A stretch of 64,000 nt of DNA from Centroscyllium fabricii. Taxonomy: Eukaryota. Under the pieces are notes generated by a model that saw nothing but the letters and a program-made list of their open reading frames with translations, was not told where the DNA came from and ran no database searches. The stretch lies in NCBI GenBank assembly GCA_051313645.2, contig JBNRSN020000002.1, forward strand, positions 289,168,001 through 289,232,000, read 5' to 3'. Below, piece by piece: positions 10,899 through 24,044 of this stretch. The translations under genes were made by a program, and so were the position numbers. Position 1 is the stretch's first letter. Every line of letters starts with the position of its first letter.

Positions 10899-13800
10899 TG
10901 TGGCGACACACCCACCAAAGCCATCGAATCCGCCTCGGGAGTACTGCGGGGCATGGCCCCGCCCATCGGGTGACGTGATGACGTCACCGCGACTTCCGGC
11001 GTAATGACGTCACCGGGACTAGCGGTGTGGTGACGTCACCAACGGCGGGCTCTTTAAATAAGCCTGCTCCAGGTGGATCAGCCGCTTTGCTACCTGGCCC
11101 CTGTAAAGTATAGTAATAAACAAGTGTTTTCCTATCTCACTGGCTCCAGCGTGGTTCTTCAGGCCTGCTTGCACTACAGTGGTGACCCTGTACCTGGAAC
11201 ATCTTCCAAGGGAACAAAAATGAAGCAGTTGCTGCAGGACTGAGCGCCAAGCTGCCTCAGAACGCTCCCAACCAACATGCCATCAGGGAGCCAAGCAGCG
11301 CGACCTCAAAGACTGGGCCAGAACTCCAGCCAAAAACCAACTCTGCCAGAGTTCTGGGAGCTACGCCCAGTGGCCTGGTTCCTCTGCATTGAGACTACCT
11401 GCCGCATCCATGGCGTCCAGGGGGACGATCGATACGACCTGCTCTTCGCGGCCCTACCACAGACCACGGTCGACTGGATGTGGCCGACGCTACAGCGTGC
11501 ACCAGCTGCAGGCAGGTATGAATTCCTTAAGGCCGCGCTGCTAAGGAAATTCACCCACTCCCAATTTGAGCGCGACTGCCAGCTCATCAACCTCCCCGAA
11601 CTCGGGGACGCAGACCCATCGGACCTCTGGGCCCAAATGGAAGCGCTGAACACAGACCCAGCCTCCATCAAGCGCACCTTGTTCCTCCTTAAACTGCCCC
11701 CCTCCATCAGACCGGCTCTGACGGCCCTCTGCCACTACAGCGGAGAACGGCTGGCTGAGGAGGCCGACAAGCTCATGACGGCCGAGCGAACCCGCTCCGC
11801 CACGTGCGTGCCCACTGCTCCGGCAGCTGAGCCCCGCTACGCGCACCCCAGGTCCGACCCCAAGTCCGAACCCAGACCAACGCGGCCCCGCAAAAAGCTG
11901 CGCTCAACAGCCACCGGCTGGTGTTACTACCACACCCGATTTGAAGCCAAAGCGCAGCACTGCGTCCAGCCCTGCACCTTCAAACCCCAGCCCAGCTCAA
12001 GCCCCACCATGTCCGTAGGCCGCTTTGGAGCACTGCTCTACGTCACGGACAGCGGCACAGGCCTCCGGTTCCTCTGCGACACAGGCGCGCAGCACAGCAT
12101 CGTGCCAGCCTCCCCCGCAGAAACCAAACAAGGCACCCAGGGCCCACCACTCGAAGCCACAAACGGCTCTGAAGTAATAACATACGGCACTCGCAAGCTC
12201 ACCATCAAGCTAGCAGGCCGCACGTACCTTTGGGACTTTATCACCGCCCAAGTCAAACTACCCCTCCTCGGGGCAGATTTCCTCTGCGCCCACGGCCTCC
12301 TGGTCGACATCCATAACATGTCGACCATCCCATGCTCCACAGGGCCGGCACACCAGGCCCACGCAGCGGCACACTGCCGAGCCCGGAACTCCGACACGTA
12401 CGTCGCGCTCCTCACGGAGTTCCCAGCCCTCACCAACCCCATCTTCACAGCCCGTACGGCCAAACATGGGGTGGAGCATCACATCACCACCACCGGCCCT
12501 CCCGTCCATGCCCACGCCCGCAGGCTGGACCCGGCCAAACTGGAGATCGCGCGCACCGAGTTCCGCACCATGGAACAACTCGGCATAATCCGCCGCTCCA
12601 GCAGCCCCTGGGCCTCTCCCCTCCACATCGCCCCCAAGCCGGGCGGTGGCTGGCGCCCCTGCGGAGACTACCGCCGCCTCAACAACGCCACCACCCCAGA
12701 CAGGTACCCCGTCCCCCACATCCAAGATTTCTCAGCAAGGTTAGCGGGCTGCACGGTCTTTTCCAAGATCGACCTGGTACGGGGCTACCACCAGGTCAGC
12801 ACCTCCCCCCAGGAACACCTCCTCCATCTCAGGACCCTGTTCAAACGCCTGGTCGAACACGGCCTCATATTAAGCCCCTCCAAATATCGATTCGGCCTCG
12901 AGACGATCGACTTCCTCGGCCACCGCATTTCCCAGACCGGGGCCATTCCCCTGCCCTCCAAGGTGCAGGCGGTCCAGGAATTCCCCCGCCCGCACTCCAT
13001 CAAGGGGCTGCAGGAATTCCTCAGGATGGTTAATTTTTATAACCGCTTCATCCCAGGAGCAGCCGCCCTCATGGCACCCCTTTATCAGGCCACCCGCGGG
13101 CAGTCCAACAAGGCTGCGGTCGAGTGGTCGGCCGAAGCCACCACCGCCTTCACCGCAACCAAAACCGCCCTGGCCAAGGCCACGCTCCTAGCCCACCCTA
13201 GGCCCAACGCCAGAGTGGCCCTCACCACCGACGCCTCCGACCACGTGGTCGGAGCGGTCTACGAGCAGTGGACCAGCAACTCCTGACAACCCCTGGCCTT
13301 TTTCAGCCGACAACTTCGGCCCCCAGAGGTCAAGTATAGTGCCTTCGACAGGGAGCTACTCGCTCTCTACCTTGCAGTGCGCCACTTCCGCTTCCTCTTA
13401 GAGGACCGCCACTTTACAGCCTTCGTGGATCACAAGCCACTTGTGTCCGCAATGGCTAAGATCTCCGAACCCTGGTCGGCCAGGCAGCAGCGTCAGCTCA
13501 CGGCCGTGTCGGAATTTACCACCGACATACAGCACATCGCCGGCCGCGACAACGCGGTTGCTGACTGCCTGTCACGTCCCACCATCAGCGCCGTACAAAC
13601 GGCGGTCGACTACGCCAAACTGGCGGCCGACCAACTAACCGACCCTGACCTGGTCGACCCAGCTACCAACCTCCCCGGCCTGCACTTGGCCAGCGTAGCA
13701 CACGGGCCCACAGCCACAGCGGTCCGCTGCGACGTCTCCCTCCCGCAGCCCAGACCCGTCGTCCCCCACACATGGAGGCGACACATCTTCCAGACCCTTC

Positions 13801-15260
13801 ATGGCCTGTCCCACCCCGGCACCCGCACGTCCACTAAGCTGATTTCGGCACGTTTCGTCTGGCGCAGCCTGCGCAAGGATGTCCGCGCCTGGACCAACGC
13901 CTGCACTGCCTGCCAATGCGCCAAGGTGCACAAACACATCAAGGCACCGCTGGAAATGTTCACCATCCCAGCTAGACGCTTCGACCACGTCCACATCGAC
14001 CTGGTCGGACCACTACCGCCATCACGGGGACACACACATGTCATGACCATGGTCGACCGCAGCAGCCGCTGGCCAGAGGCAGTCCCACTCATCGCTACCA
14101 CCACCGCGGACCTGGCCAGGGCTTTCATCGCCACCTGGGTCGCACGTTTCGGCGTACCCACCGACATCACATCGGACAGGAGCCCCCAATTCACGTCAAC
14201 ACTATGGGTGACCATCGCCCGCGACCTCGGGGTAACCCTGCACTGAACCACCGCCTACCACCCACAGGCCAATGGCCTCTGCGAACAGTTCCACCGCTCC
14301 ATCAAAGCTTCCCTGTGGGCCAGCCTGAAGGACGCAACCTGGACCGACCGCCTGCCCTGGGTAATGCTCGGCCTCCGCTCAGCAGCCAAGGAAGACCTGC
14401 ACGCCTCAGCGGTGGAACTCGTCTACGGCCAACCTTTAACCATACCAGGCGAGTTCCTCGCAGAACCCAACGCTCCCTGGTCAGCCAACCAGTGCCTCAA
14501 AGAGTTCAACAATCAGGCACGAGCGTTCAAACCACTACCGGTGGCCCGGCATGGAGAGCCGGCAGCACGTGTACCAGACGGCATCAAGAACGCCAAATAT
14601 GTGTTTGTCCGCCACGACGCACACCGATCGCCACTACAGCCACCGTACGACGGACCGTACAGAGTGCTTCGGGCGGGAGCTAAGGCTTTTGAAATCAAAA
14701 TGGGCAACAGTACTGAAACTGTCTCGATAGACCGGCTCAAACCGGCACACGTAATGGCGGGCAAGACAACAGTCCCCGTGCAGCCACCAAAACGCGGACG
14801 CCCTCCCGCACCAAAACCCGCCCACACTCCCACGCAGAACAAGGAGCAGCGCACGACACGTGCCGGCCGCATCATCCGGCCACCTCAACGCCTCGCTTGA
14901 GACTCATTTTTTATTTTAACTTTATTCTCCCTTTTTTTATTTTCATTTTATTCTCCCTCACAGATTCTGGGGGGGAGCTGTGTGGCGACACCCCCACCAA
15001 AGCCATCGAATCTACCTCGGGAGTACTGCGGGGCACGGCCCCGCCCATCGGGTGACGTGATGACGTCACCGCGACTTCCGGCGTGATGACATCACCGGGA
15101 CTAGCGGCGTGGTGACGTCACCAACGGCGGGCTCTTTAAATAAGCCTGCTCCAGGTGGCTCAGCCTCTTTGCTACCTGGCCCCTGTAAAGTATAGTAATA
15201 AACGAGTGTTTTCCTATCTCACTGGCTCCAGCGTGGTTCTTCAGGCCTGCATGCACTACA
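10899..15260 (+). mobile_element. Full-length Ty3/Gypsy LTR retrotransposon, CsRn1-like
   Basis: 280-bp LTRs 10899-11178 and 14981-15260 (TG..CA, about 11 mismatches by hand); TSD ACTG; tRNA-Trp-like PBS TGGTGACCC at 11180; PPT before the 3' LTR; CHCC gag motif CYYH...C...C. Confidence 0.95.
11277..14900 (+). pseudogene. gag-pol (Gag, PR, internally deleted RT, RNase H, integrase)
   Basis: ORFs at 11277, 13377 and 14364 share one frame, broken by TGA at 13284 and 14244; DTGA protease; TTDAS RNase H; HHCC plus integrase core, GPY motif; RT YxDD block missing. Confidence 0.93.
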
Positions 15261-16147
15261 ACTGCGTACTTGTTGAGCTTTGCAGAGAATGCATGGGAAC
15301 AAAAATATCCTGCTACCGACAAATATGGTGATACAAACTGAACTAAAAGATCAGTGGCCTAATTATTGTTGAAAGGTATGATGCCATTATATATCAACAA
15401 TTGCTAATTAAACAGGGTCAGGAAGTAGACTATGCCACTTTAAGGTGATATATGTGGTTACATTTATTTTTTCCACTACTCTGTACATATGACTTAAATT
15501 AGCCGAGTGGGCCTTGGGCAATTGCCCCTAAAGCTGGTATTGTGAGTGAGCGTAGGTGAGTGCTTCAAAAAAAATGTTCTTATATAAATATCCTTGTCTT
15601 GTGATTCATTAGATGAACAATTCGTCATTTGAATGCTCAATACTATGGCTACATTCTTTAAATCTTTCCATAAGGTATACAGGGACGGGGCGGGGGGACT
15701 TTCAACTGCAGGCTGCCAGTTTCTTGCTTGAAAAACAGGCAACTGGCAGGCGGATCAGGTTAAAATCAGGCAAATATGTGAAAGCACTTAAAGATGTTTT
15801 AATGTGATCAGGCACTAAATAAATGCAAGTCCCTCACCTTCATATCTCATCATTAAAATCATTAAAGCATTACTAATTTGATGTTCCGACCATGGCAAAA
15901 CAATACGGGCCTTTTATTAAACATAGGATAGCCATTAAAAGTAAATCTACTTTATTGAACTGGTCACTTGCCAAGACTTTAATTTAGAATCAGTATTTTA
16001 TTTACTTGGTACAGCCTTGCAGTAACCTTTACATCTATTTAAAAATTAAATCAATAAAGTTGCTAAAATGAACCCTGCAGTTGTAAAATGCTATGGGTCC
16101 ACATTGTAGTGAATTTTTTAGTTAAAGAAAGAACATGCATTTATATA

Positions 16148-16358
16148 GAAATAACAACAGAAAATGCTGGAAAAACTCAGCAGGCCAGGCCGCATCTGTG
16201 GAGAGAGAAATTGAGTTAACGTTTCGGGTTCTAAGGGACCAGAACCCGAAACGTTAACTCAATTTCTCTCTCCACAGATGCGGCCTGGCCTGCTGAGTTT
16301 TTCCAGCATTTTCTGTTGTTATTTCAGATTTCCAGCATCTGCAGTATTTTGCTATTAT
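16148..16358. mobile_element. Penelope-like non-autonomous fragment with an inverted pLTR (85-bp perfect palindrome)
   Basis: Arms 16148-16232 and 16241-16325, 8-nt loop; CGAAACGTT half-hammerhead motif; 13-bp flanking duplication ATGCAT(T/A)-type at 16135-16147 and 16359-16371 with one mismatch. Confidence 0.7.
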
Positions 16359-17474
16359 ATGCATTAATATAATGTCTTTCACAATCTGAGAACATCCCAA
16401 AACACTTTACTGCCAATGAAGTACTTTTATAATGAAGTACTAAAAAGCCTTAATTTGGCCACCTTTGTGATTGATTCTTCCTTTTAATAATTTACTTCTA
16501 CAAATAAATTGGCAGAAAAAGGAAAGATGCATTAAATTAAAAATTAAGATGCATTATTCTGGTCGTGCAGTAGGCAAAGAAGAAAGAAGTTGCATTTATA
16601 TAGTGCCTTTTACGACCTCAGGATGTTCCAAAGTGCTTTACAGCCAGTGAAGTAGTTTTAGAAGTGTAGTCACTAATGTGGGTACCATGGAGGAGTAGGG
16701 GACAGGATCCCACCCATCATTACTGTTGTATTAATTTATATTCTTCATTGGATTAGTGGGAGCAGGCAAATAATAGAGACAAGAATCACCCTGGGACACT
16801 CTCATCCACCTAACAACAAAAAACAGTTCCATAGCAGGACTGACAGGAGCAGGTCACCTGCCCAGTCCCTTGGTTGGGGAACAATGCATAGCACTGGAAA
16901 GGGTGAGGGCAGAAATAACTCAGAAGTGCTTTGACATTATAAAAATGTAGCCAATGGCATATGTGCTGTTCTCTCACTGTTGGCATCACTCATAGAAAAT
17001 ATAGGAATTGCTTGATGAAAAAAATATTTACATCCATCTAGTTCACCTTCTACCATCCTGGTAGAATCGCATGACACAATGATAATGAAGTTGTTGACTA
17101 ATCATTGCAATCTATCTCTATCAATTAGTCTACAACAGACCTAGACATGAGGCAAGGAACCCCCCAGTGGTGGAGAGGTTTGGGAACCATAGGTCTAAAG
17201 TCACACTCAGAAATACAAGTGCCTTCCAGCTGGAGCAGAGACCTATTTTTATGATCTGCTTCTGCCTGGCATATGATGGAGAATTACACCTGCTGGAGGT
17301 ATAAAGATGGGAGCAATGTATTGGGAGAACACTCCACAATGTAAACAGCAAACTACAAGCATCTAAACACTGCTGAATATCGAGAATGTTTGTGTTAAAA
17401 GGTGCAACATTAACTGAGATCAGTGGACTGCACTTAAATAGCCTTATTCTTAAAAGAATCTAAATCTAGATATT

Positions 17475-18305
17475 GGGCCCTGTTTTCCTGTGCTCCAGAG
17501 GAGCTGCACACTCACGAAGGGGGGTCAGAAATGCCCCGTGGGTGTGCAGCACGGGGGATGCCCACGAACGGGAATTTCCTGTGCTGATGGGCAAGGCCCG
17601 TCAGCTCCCAACGCAAGAAGACCTTGCACTGACGATTTCCTGTCAGAACGGGTGATTTTTAGAGAGTGATTCCGTGTGCAACTGGCTCACAAGCTGCCCA
17701 CGAAAAAACCAGTAGTAAGAGGGAGAAGATTTAGTTATTGAAGCAAGTATGTTAATTTTTTAACTTTAATTTAAATTTTTTACAGTTTTTGGGAGTAGTG
17801 TGGCCAGATCGGTAGCGTTAAATTTTTAAGTTAAAGTTTTTAAAAACATTTTACAAATCCGATTTTAAGTTAATTTACCTGTTTCAAATCATTAATTTTT
17901 AAAGTTAAATTTCTGAAATTTTCAACTCTCTAGCTATTAAAAAATCTAAGAGGAAAAAATGGCAGACTTACCTTCCGTTTCTTCCTCTGAGAAGCTGCTG
18001 TGCCCCCACGCTGCTCCCCGCCAATCTGTCAGTGCAGCTCCGCACTTCCCTGCTCTCACAAAGGTCCGACTCGGGATCTGTTTATTTAAATTAGGGTTTT
18101 GGGGGTCGTTTTTAATTTAAATTTGGGATCTGTGGGGGGGGCTTACACTGCGCACCTAGCGTGGCTGGACTGCCACGCAGCACAGGAATGGGGAGGAACG
18201 GGGAGGAAATTGACATTCACACTTCTGTGCAATGTTGGTGCGTGCGATTAGGAGTCCCCAGGGTCCTAGCGCACGCACTAACCGGCACACAGGAAAACAG
18301 GGCCC
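17475..18305. mobile_element. MITE (non-autonomous DNA transposon)
   Basis: Perfect inverted ends TATTGGGCCCTGTTTTCCTGTG (17471) and CACAGGAAAACAGGGCCCAATA (ends 18309); AT-rich core. Confidence 0.85.
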
Positions 18306-18338
18306 AATACTTTGATGATACTAAACCATGCATATCAG

Positions 18339-18626
18339 TGTAGCATAGCCACTAGGGGGAGACACTCTGGTCTCCCCAGGATGTTATAATCCCCATTCCA
18401 GAGTTGGTCCCGCCCCTGTTTCCCCATTGGGTGGTTGGATCAACAGTTCCGGTTCCTGATTGGTCATGCGAGCTGTCAGTCAAAAGCCCCATGATGCTTT
18501 GCAGTTTCACGCCTTTTGTGAGTTAGTCGTGTTTGGATTGAAACCAATAAAGACCTGTTAAAGCTTGCTCTGCGATTTTTCGACGTTTTATTGATTTTAA
18601 AGAATGGGGAGCGGCCGTTCCCTACA
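18339..18626 (+). mobile_element. Solo LTR
   Basis: TGTAG...CTACA termini, AATAAA at about 18546, TSD TCAG on both sides. Confidence 0.85.
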
Positions 18627-19860
18627 TCAGCACACTTGTGTGGCATTCCTTTAGCAGAGACTTGGCATATTCAAAATAAATGGGTTAATGCTCATGTTAA
18701 AATAATGAATATAATAATGTCATATAAACACATTAATCATCTACTAATATCAATAACATTGGTTCCCAGTCCAGCAACGGCTCAACTTTAAAATTCTCAA
18801 CCGTGCGTTAAATGCACTATACAATTGTTGTTGTTGAGTGAGCCTTGGCTTAGTGGTAGCATTCCTGCCATCGAGCCAGCAGGTTATGGGTTCGACCCCC
18901 ACTCTCGACAGCACTGGCGATTGGAGACCAGAGTTCTGGTCTCTGAAAACTGGGTTGCCATTCAACAGGGGTTCTCGCGTCTGGCAGGATCAGAGTGTCA
19001 ACCTCTACATTGCATCAGACGAACATCCTGGTCATACAAAAACAACCCTGACCAATATGCTGGCAGTAAAAGCAGTGGAAGAAATCAGTAGCTTCATCCT
19101 CTGCTTGACATGGAGAGGGAAAAGACCATCAACAGTCTTTTCTAAGCTCTAGGATATATACATGAATGTGGAAACATTTATAAAGGTAGAAAACTTTCTC
19201 CTGTAAAGTTTACTTGAATGCTTAGCTATATATGGAACAGTAGAACATTTTCTAAAATGGTAGGAGAAAATTTTTGGTTGCTTTGCACCTCTTTAATCGG
19301 GGGAGGGAAGCCTGTAATACCACTGTGCTATGTGCCGACGCGCATGATGCTGCTGTACGCAGAGCAGCGTCATGGGAGCGTCCCAAGAGGGAGGGGGAGC
19401 ACTTACAGTAGCTGAATTTCGGCCGCAGGGGCACTAACTTTTCGGGCCACTAAAATTTTCGCCCCAAAGGGGGTGCGAGCTAATTTCCCCCTGGAAACTT
19501 TGAATAAATTAATTATTCACAGTCTTAAATGCTACAGTGATCCTTCAAGTGTTGTTGATATTCATGATTACTAATTAGTTTAACGGTATGTGTTACAAAT
19601 GTTAGTTGCAGTGCCCTGAGAGATCTCCCACTAGTTAATAGATTATTGCATCTTTACCGAACAGTAATTAGTACTTTTAACTATTCATTTGTTGGACATT
19701 ACAGCACATGGTCTGCAAAGCAGAACCCACAAAACGAAAGTGAAACTAAAGTCAAACAGGACCCCCCAGGCCCCTCCCTTCAGGTAACACCCAGGCACTG
19801 GGACAAACTTAATTAAAGCAAACTCAAAACACAACACTCCTTTCCTCCAGATAAAACCCT

Positions 19861-22800
19861 TTAGTCCTCCAGGCGTCTGGGAAGAAATCTAACGTGACTT
19901 GAACGCCGCTGGACAGGCATAGTCGGGGTGCCACTACTAGCTGCAGGAAAACCTTCCTCCATGGCTGATGACGCCGTGACACCTTCTGTCGATGTGGCTT
20001 CAGTTGCTGTTGCGGGAAGCAGGCCGTCACTGCCTGGCAGAGGTGGTGGAGACAATGGCCTAGCCTGTGACGTCTCTGTTACTCTCACCGGAGTACGACC
20101 CCGTAGCTGGTCTACGTGGCGTCTGTGCAGCTGGCCATCAGGTGTACGGATGCTGTATGACAGGGGACCTGTGGCCTACTCCACCACGGCAGACATCCAT
20201 TTGTCTCCTCCTGCATAGCAACGGGCAAACACGGTCTCTGAAGGCTCGAACTGCCTGGCGGTGCCCTGGTGCTTCTTAGCCAGCTCCTCTTGCTTTGTGT
20301 GCATCTCATTCCTGTAGTCCGGGTGTAGCCGGTCCAGTGCAGTCGCCAGTCAGCGACCCATCAGTATTTCGGCAGGACTCTTCCCCGTTGCTGAGTTTGG
20401 TGTGGTATGCTGTGATAACAGGAACCTGGCCAATCCGATTTGCTAGTCCCCCACCGATATCCTCACCAGTGCCTCTTTTGTGGTTTGCACCATCATCTCT
20501 GCCTGCCCATTAGAGGAGGGGTGATAGGGCGCTGTGGTCACATGGCGGATTCCGTTTCTGCCTGCAAAAGCCGTGAACTCCACTGACGTGAAGGCTGCTC
20601 CATTGTCCAAAGCCAGCATGTCGGGGACCCCATGTGTGGCAAACAGCAAACGCAATATGTTGATCACTGCACTGGATGTCATGGAGCTCATGATAGCCAC
20701 ATCCAGCCATTTTGAATGAGAATCCAACACCATCAAACAGACCTTCCCCTGAAATGGCCCTGCAAAGTCAATGTGGAGTCTTGACCATTTACGAGTGGTC
20801 CACTCCCAGGGGTGAAGGGGAGCCTTGGGTGGGCTATGGCGAGTCAGCTGACATGTCTCACAGCTCTTTACCACCTCCTCCATGTCTCGGTCCAACCCTG
20901 GCCACCAGACGTAGCTTCTCGCCAACGCCTTCATGTGCACAATCCCAGGGTGTGAGTCATGTAGCATTTTCAGCACCTCCTCTCTTGCGGCAGCAGGAAC
21001 CACCACATGGCTTCCCCAGAGCACACAGTTCTTGTGTGCAGACATTTCATGGCGCCTCTGAACGAAGGGCTTGAAATGCTCCTCCTGGACCTCGGAGGGC
21101 CAGCCATGCAGCAGCCAGCGTAGCACCCGTGACAAGACTGAATCTTTCTGTGTGAGGCTGTCAATCTGCTGGGCATGGAGTGGGGCCTCTGGAACCACCT
21201 CCAGGGATGGTGGCGTCTCAGCCATCGGCCGGTTCAAAGGCAAGCGACTCAGAGCATCAGCATTAGCTAGCATCTTCTCAGGCCTGTAGCAAAGTTCATA
21301 ACTGTAGGCCCCCAACATCAGACTCCACCGAAGCATACGCGGTGATATGATCTGGGGCATGGGCTTGGAGTGATGCAGGAGTCCCAAGAGTGGCTTGTGG
21401 TCTGTGTAGATGACGAACTGTCTCCCTAACAGGTACTGGCTGAACTTCTTTACCCCAAATATGATGGCTAGGGCCTCCTTGTCAATCTGGGCATAATTAC
21501 GTTCTGTTGTTGAGAGTGTTCTTGAGGCAAAACTGATAGGCGCTTCCTGGCCATCTGGCTCTATGTGATCCAAAAGAGCTCCCAGCCCATATGGTGAGGC
21601 ATCACACACCAACACCAATGGCTTGTTTTCATCATAGTGTGCCAGAACCTTATCTGCTTGTAGCAGTTCCTTTGCCTGTCTGTAGGCTGTTTCATGAGCT
21701 GAGGTCCAGTTCCACACTGTTGCTTGGTCTAACAGCCTGTGCAGTGGCTCTAAGTTTGTAGCTTTGTCCTTGAGAAAACAACTGTAGAGGTTTAACAGTC
21801 TGAGGAATGCCTGCAGTTCAGCCTTGTTCTTGGGGGTGGGAGCGCTCCTGATAGCCTCCACCTTCTCCGTAGTCGGATGCACACCATCTTTGTCCACTCG
21901 TAATTCCAAGAACTCTACCCCATTGGCAGTGAACACGCATTTCTCCTTCTGAAGGCGTAGTCCTACCTCCGCCAGCCGTCATAGTACTTACTGCAGCCGC
22001 TCATCATGGGCTTCCTGTATCTTGCCTGTAATCAGTATGTCATCCAAGTAAGGCTGAACTCCCAGGACCCCAGCCAACAGGGTGTCCATGAACTTCTGAA
22101 AGATTGCCACAGCCGTAGACACCGCAAACTGCAGCCTTGTGGCTCGGAAAAGTTCTCTGTGGGTGTTGATTGTCAACAGCTCGGCTGACTCTTCATCCAG
22201 GACCAGTTGCTGGTATGCTTGTTTGAGATCCAGCTTGGTGAACAGGGTGCCTCCAGTGTTGAAAATAGCTCTGTCAGTGATACACATCTGGTAACACAGC
22301 TGTATTAACCATACATCTGTAATCTCCACAGATTCGCAGGCCCCCATCCTTCTTTGAAATGGGCATGATAGGGGTGGCCCAACGGGAGTTCTTCACTGGC
22401 AAGAGAACCCCTTGGTTCACCAGCTTATCCAGGGCCTCATCCACCTTCTTGCACAATGCAAAAGGCACTGGTCGCGCCTTGAAGAACTTAGGCGCTACCC
22501 CTGGGTCCACTTTGATTGAGACTGGCGGTCCCCGACAGGCCCCGAACTCATCAAAAACCTCTTCATAGTTCTCCAACATAGGCATTATGGGCTGTTGCTG
22601 TACTGTGTGTACTCCTGTCACTTCAATACCGAGGGGCAGAAACCAATTTCTGCCCTGCAGGCTTGTGCCCTGCCCCGCCACCACATAAAGTGGAAGTGTG
22701 TCCTTGACTGCCTGATACTTAACTTCCACATGAATCATACCCAGCACCTGGAGTTGAGCTTGGGACCACTGCGGTAGCACGCCACTGACCTGAGCCATCG

Positions 22801-23776
22801 CCGGGGGTTCACTTGGCCACAGCCTATTGTAAGTCTCTTCACTTATCAACGAGCACGCTGAGCCTGAATCCACCTCCATGCAGAGTGGTGCCCCATTCAT
22901 GATCACATTTGCCGTGTACCCCCACCGTCTGTGGGGTAGCTGCACAGCTTCCATGGTATACACTGTGTACCCATTGTTGTCCTGCAGTGTCAGGGTGTGT
23001 GTCTGCGGTGCTTGTGTTGGCTCTGCTGCAGCAGCCTGAGCTTTCTTCATGCAGACACGAGCTATGTGTCCTTTTTTCTTACAGAAATGACATACCGCTG
23101 ACACAAATTTACATGTAGTGGGACCATGGAGAGCCCCACAGTGGAAACATTTTTTTCCTGTCTCTTTAGTTGCCTCCATGTCTCTCGCAGCAGCAGCTGT
23201 GTGTGTGGTCTTGTGCACCTCTTCGGCGGCCTGAGATGGCGCTGCCTCTGTACGGAGCATACGTGTGTTCATCGATGCAGCCTCTGCTGCTAAAGCCTTC
23301 TCCTCGGCCAATCGGAACGTCAGGGCCTTCTCTGCTAACAGCTGTCTCAGCAATGCCGAGTCCAGCACTCCACACACAATCCGATCACGGAGCATCTTGC
23401 CTAAATGGTCACCAAAATTACAATGTAATGAGCATTTCCTCAACTCAGCAATGTAACTTGAAATAGATTGTCCAGGCTGTTGTTTACAATTGTGAAAATG
23501 GAAACACTGCACAATCTCTGAGGGTTTTGGGTTAAAATGTTTCTGCAGCTCCTCAATCAAATCAGCATAATCAACCTCACTAGGTTTACGAGGAGCCACC
23601 AATGAACGCAGGATGGAGTAAGTAGGAGCTCCGCATAAACTTCGTAACACTGAGCGCTTCTTCTCTTCTTTGTCAATATCATTGGCCGCAAAGAAACACC
23701 CCAGTCTTTCTGCGTATTCCTCCCATGAACTATCCTTATCCCCAGAGAACTCTTCAATAGGTCCCAAGGTAGTCAT
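19861..23776 (-). pseudogene. gag-pol of the Mag-like element
   Basis: Gag with double zinc knuckle, DSG protease, ICGDY and YLDD RT, CDASPYG RNase H, HPG and HIDFAGP integrase; several frameshifts and stops. Confidence 0.93.
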
Positions 23777-23806
23777 AGTTTAAATGTACACTATCCCTTT
23801 AAGATC

Positions 23807-24044
23807 TGTGGTAATCCTATAAATACCACTGTAAATAGTTGATGGCTCACCTTGTATTGTATTGTAGGCCAGGTCAGCCACACCCCTAACTCCTCCCCTT
23901 AGGTCGGAGCATATAGGTGAGGGCTGCCCTGCCCCTGCTCATTCTTCGCCTTGAACTCATCAGGAGACCAGCTCCATTGTTAGTTAATAAAAGCCTGTAG
24001 TTTAGGTAACTACTCGTCTTTGCGTTTTAATTAACGATACGTCA
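23807..24044 (+). mobile_element. Solo LTR inserted antisense in the 5' leader of the Mag-like element
   Basis: TGTGG...GTCA termini, TSD AGATC, AATAAA; blocks similar to the 30041/35433 LTRs. Confidence 0.88.

Noticed and set aside
11306-14888. Many antisense and alternate-frame ORFs over gag-pol (also in 20000-23500 and 31000-35000)
   Set aside because: Expected shadows of GC-rich coding sequence; no recognisable motifs.
16221-16260. Active hammerhead ribozyme in the palindrome
   Set aside because: Only the GAAAC half is present; there is no CUGANGA on either strand.
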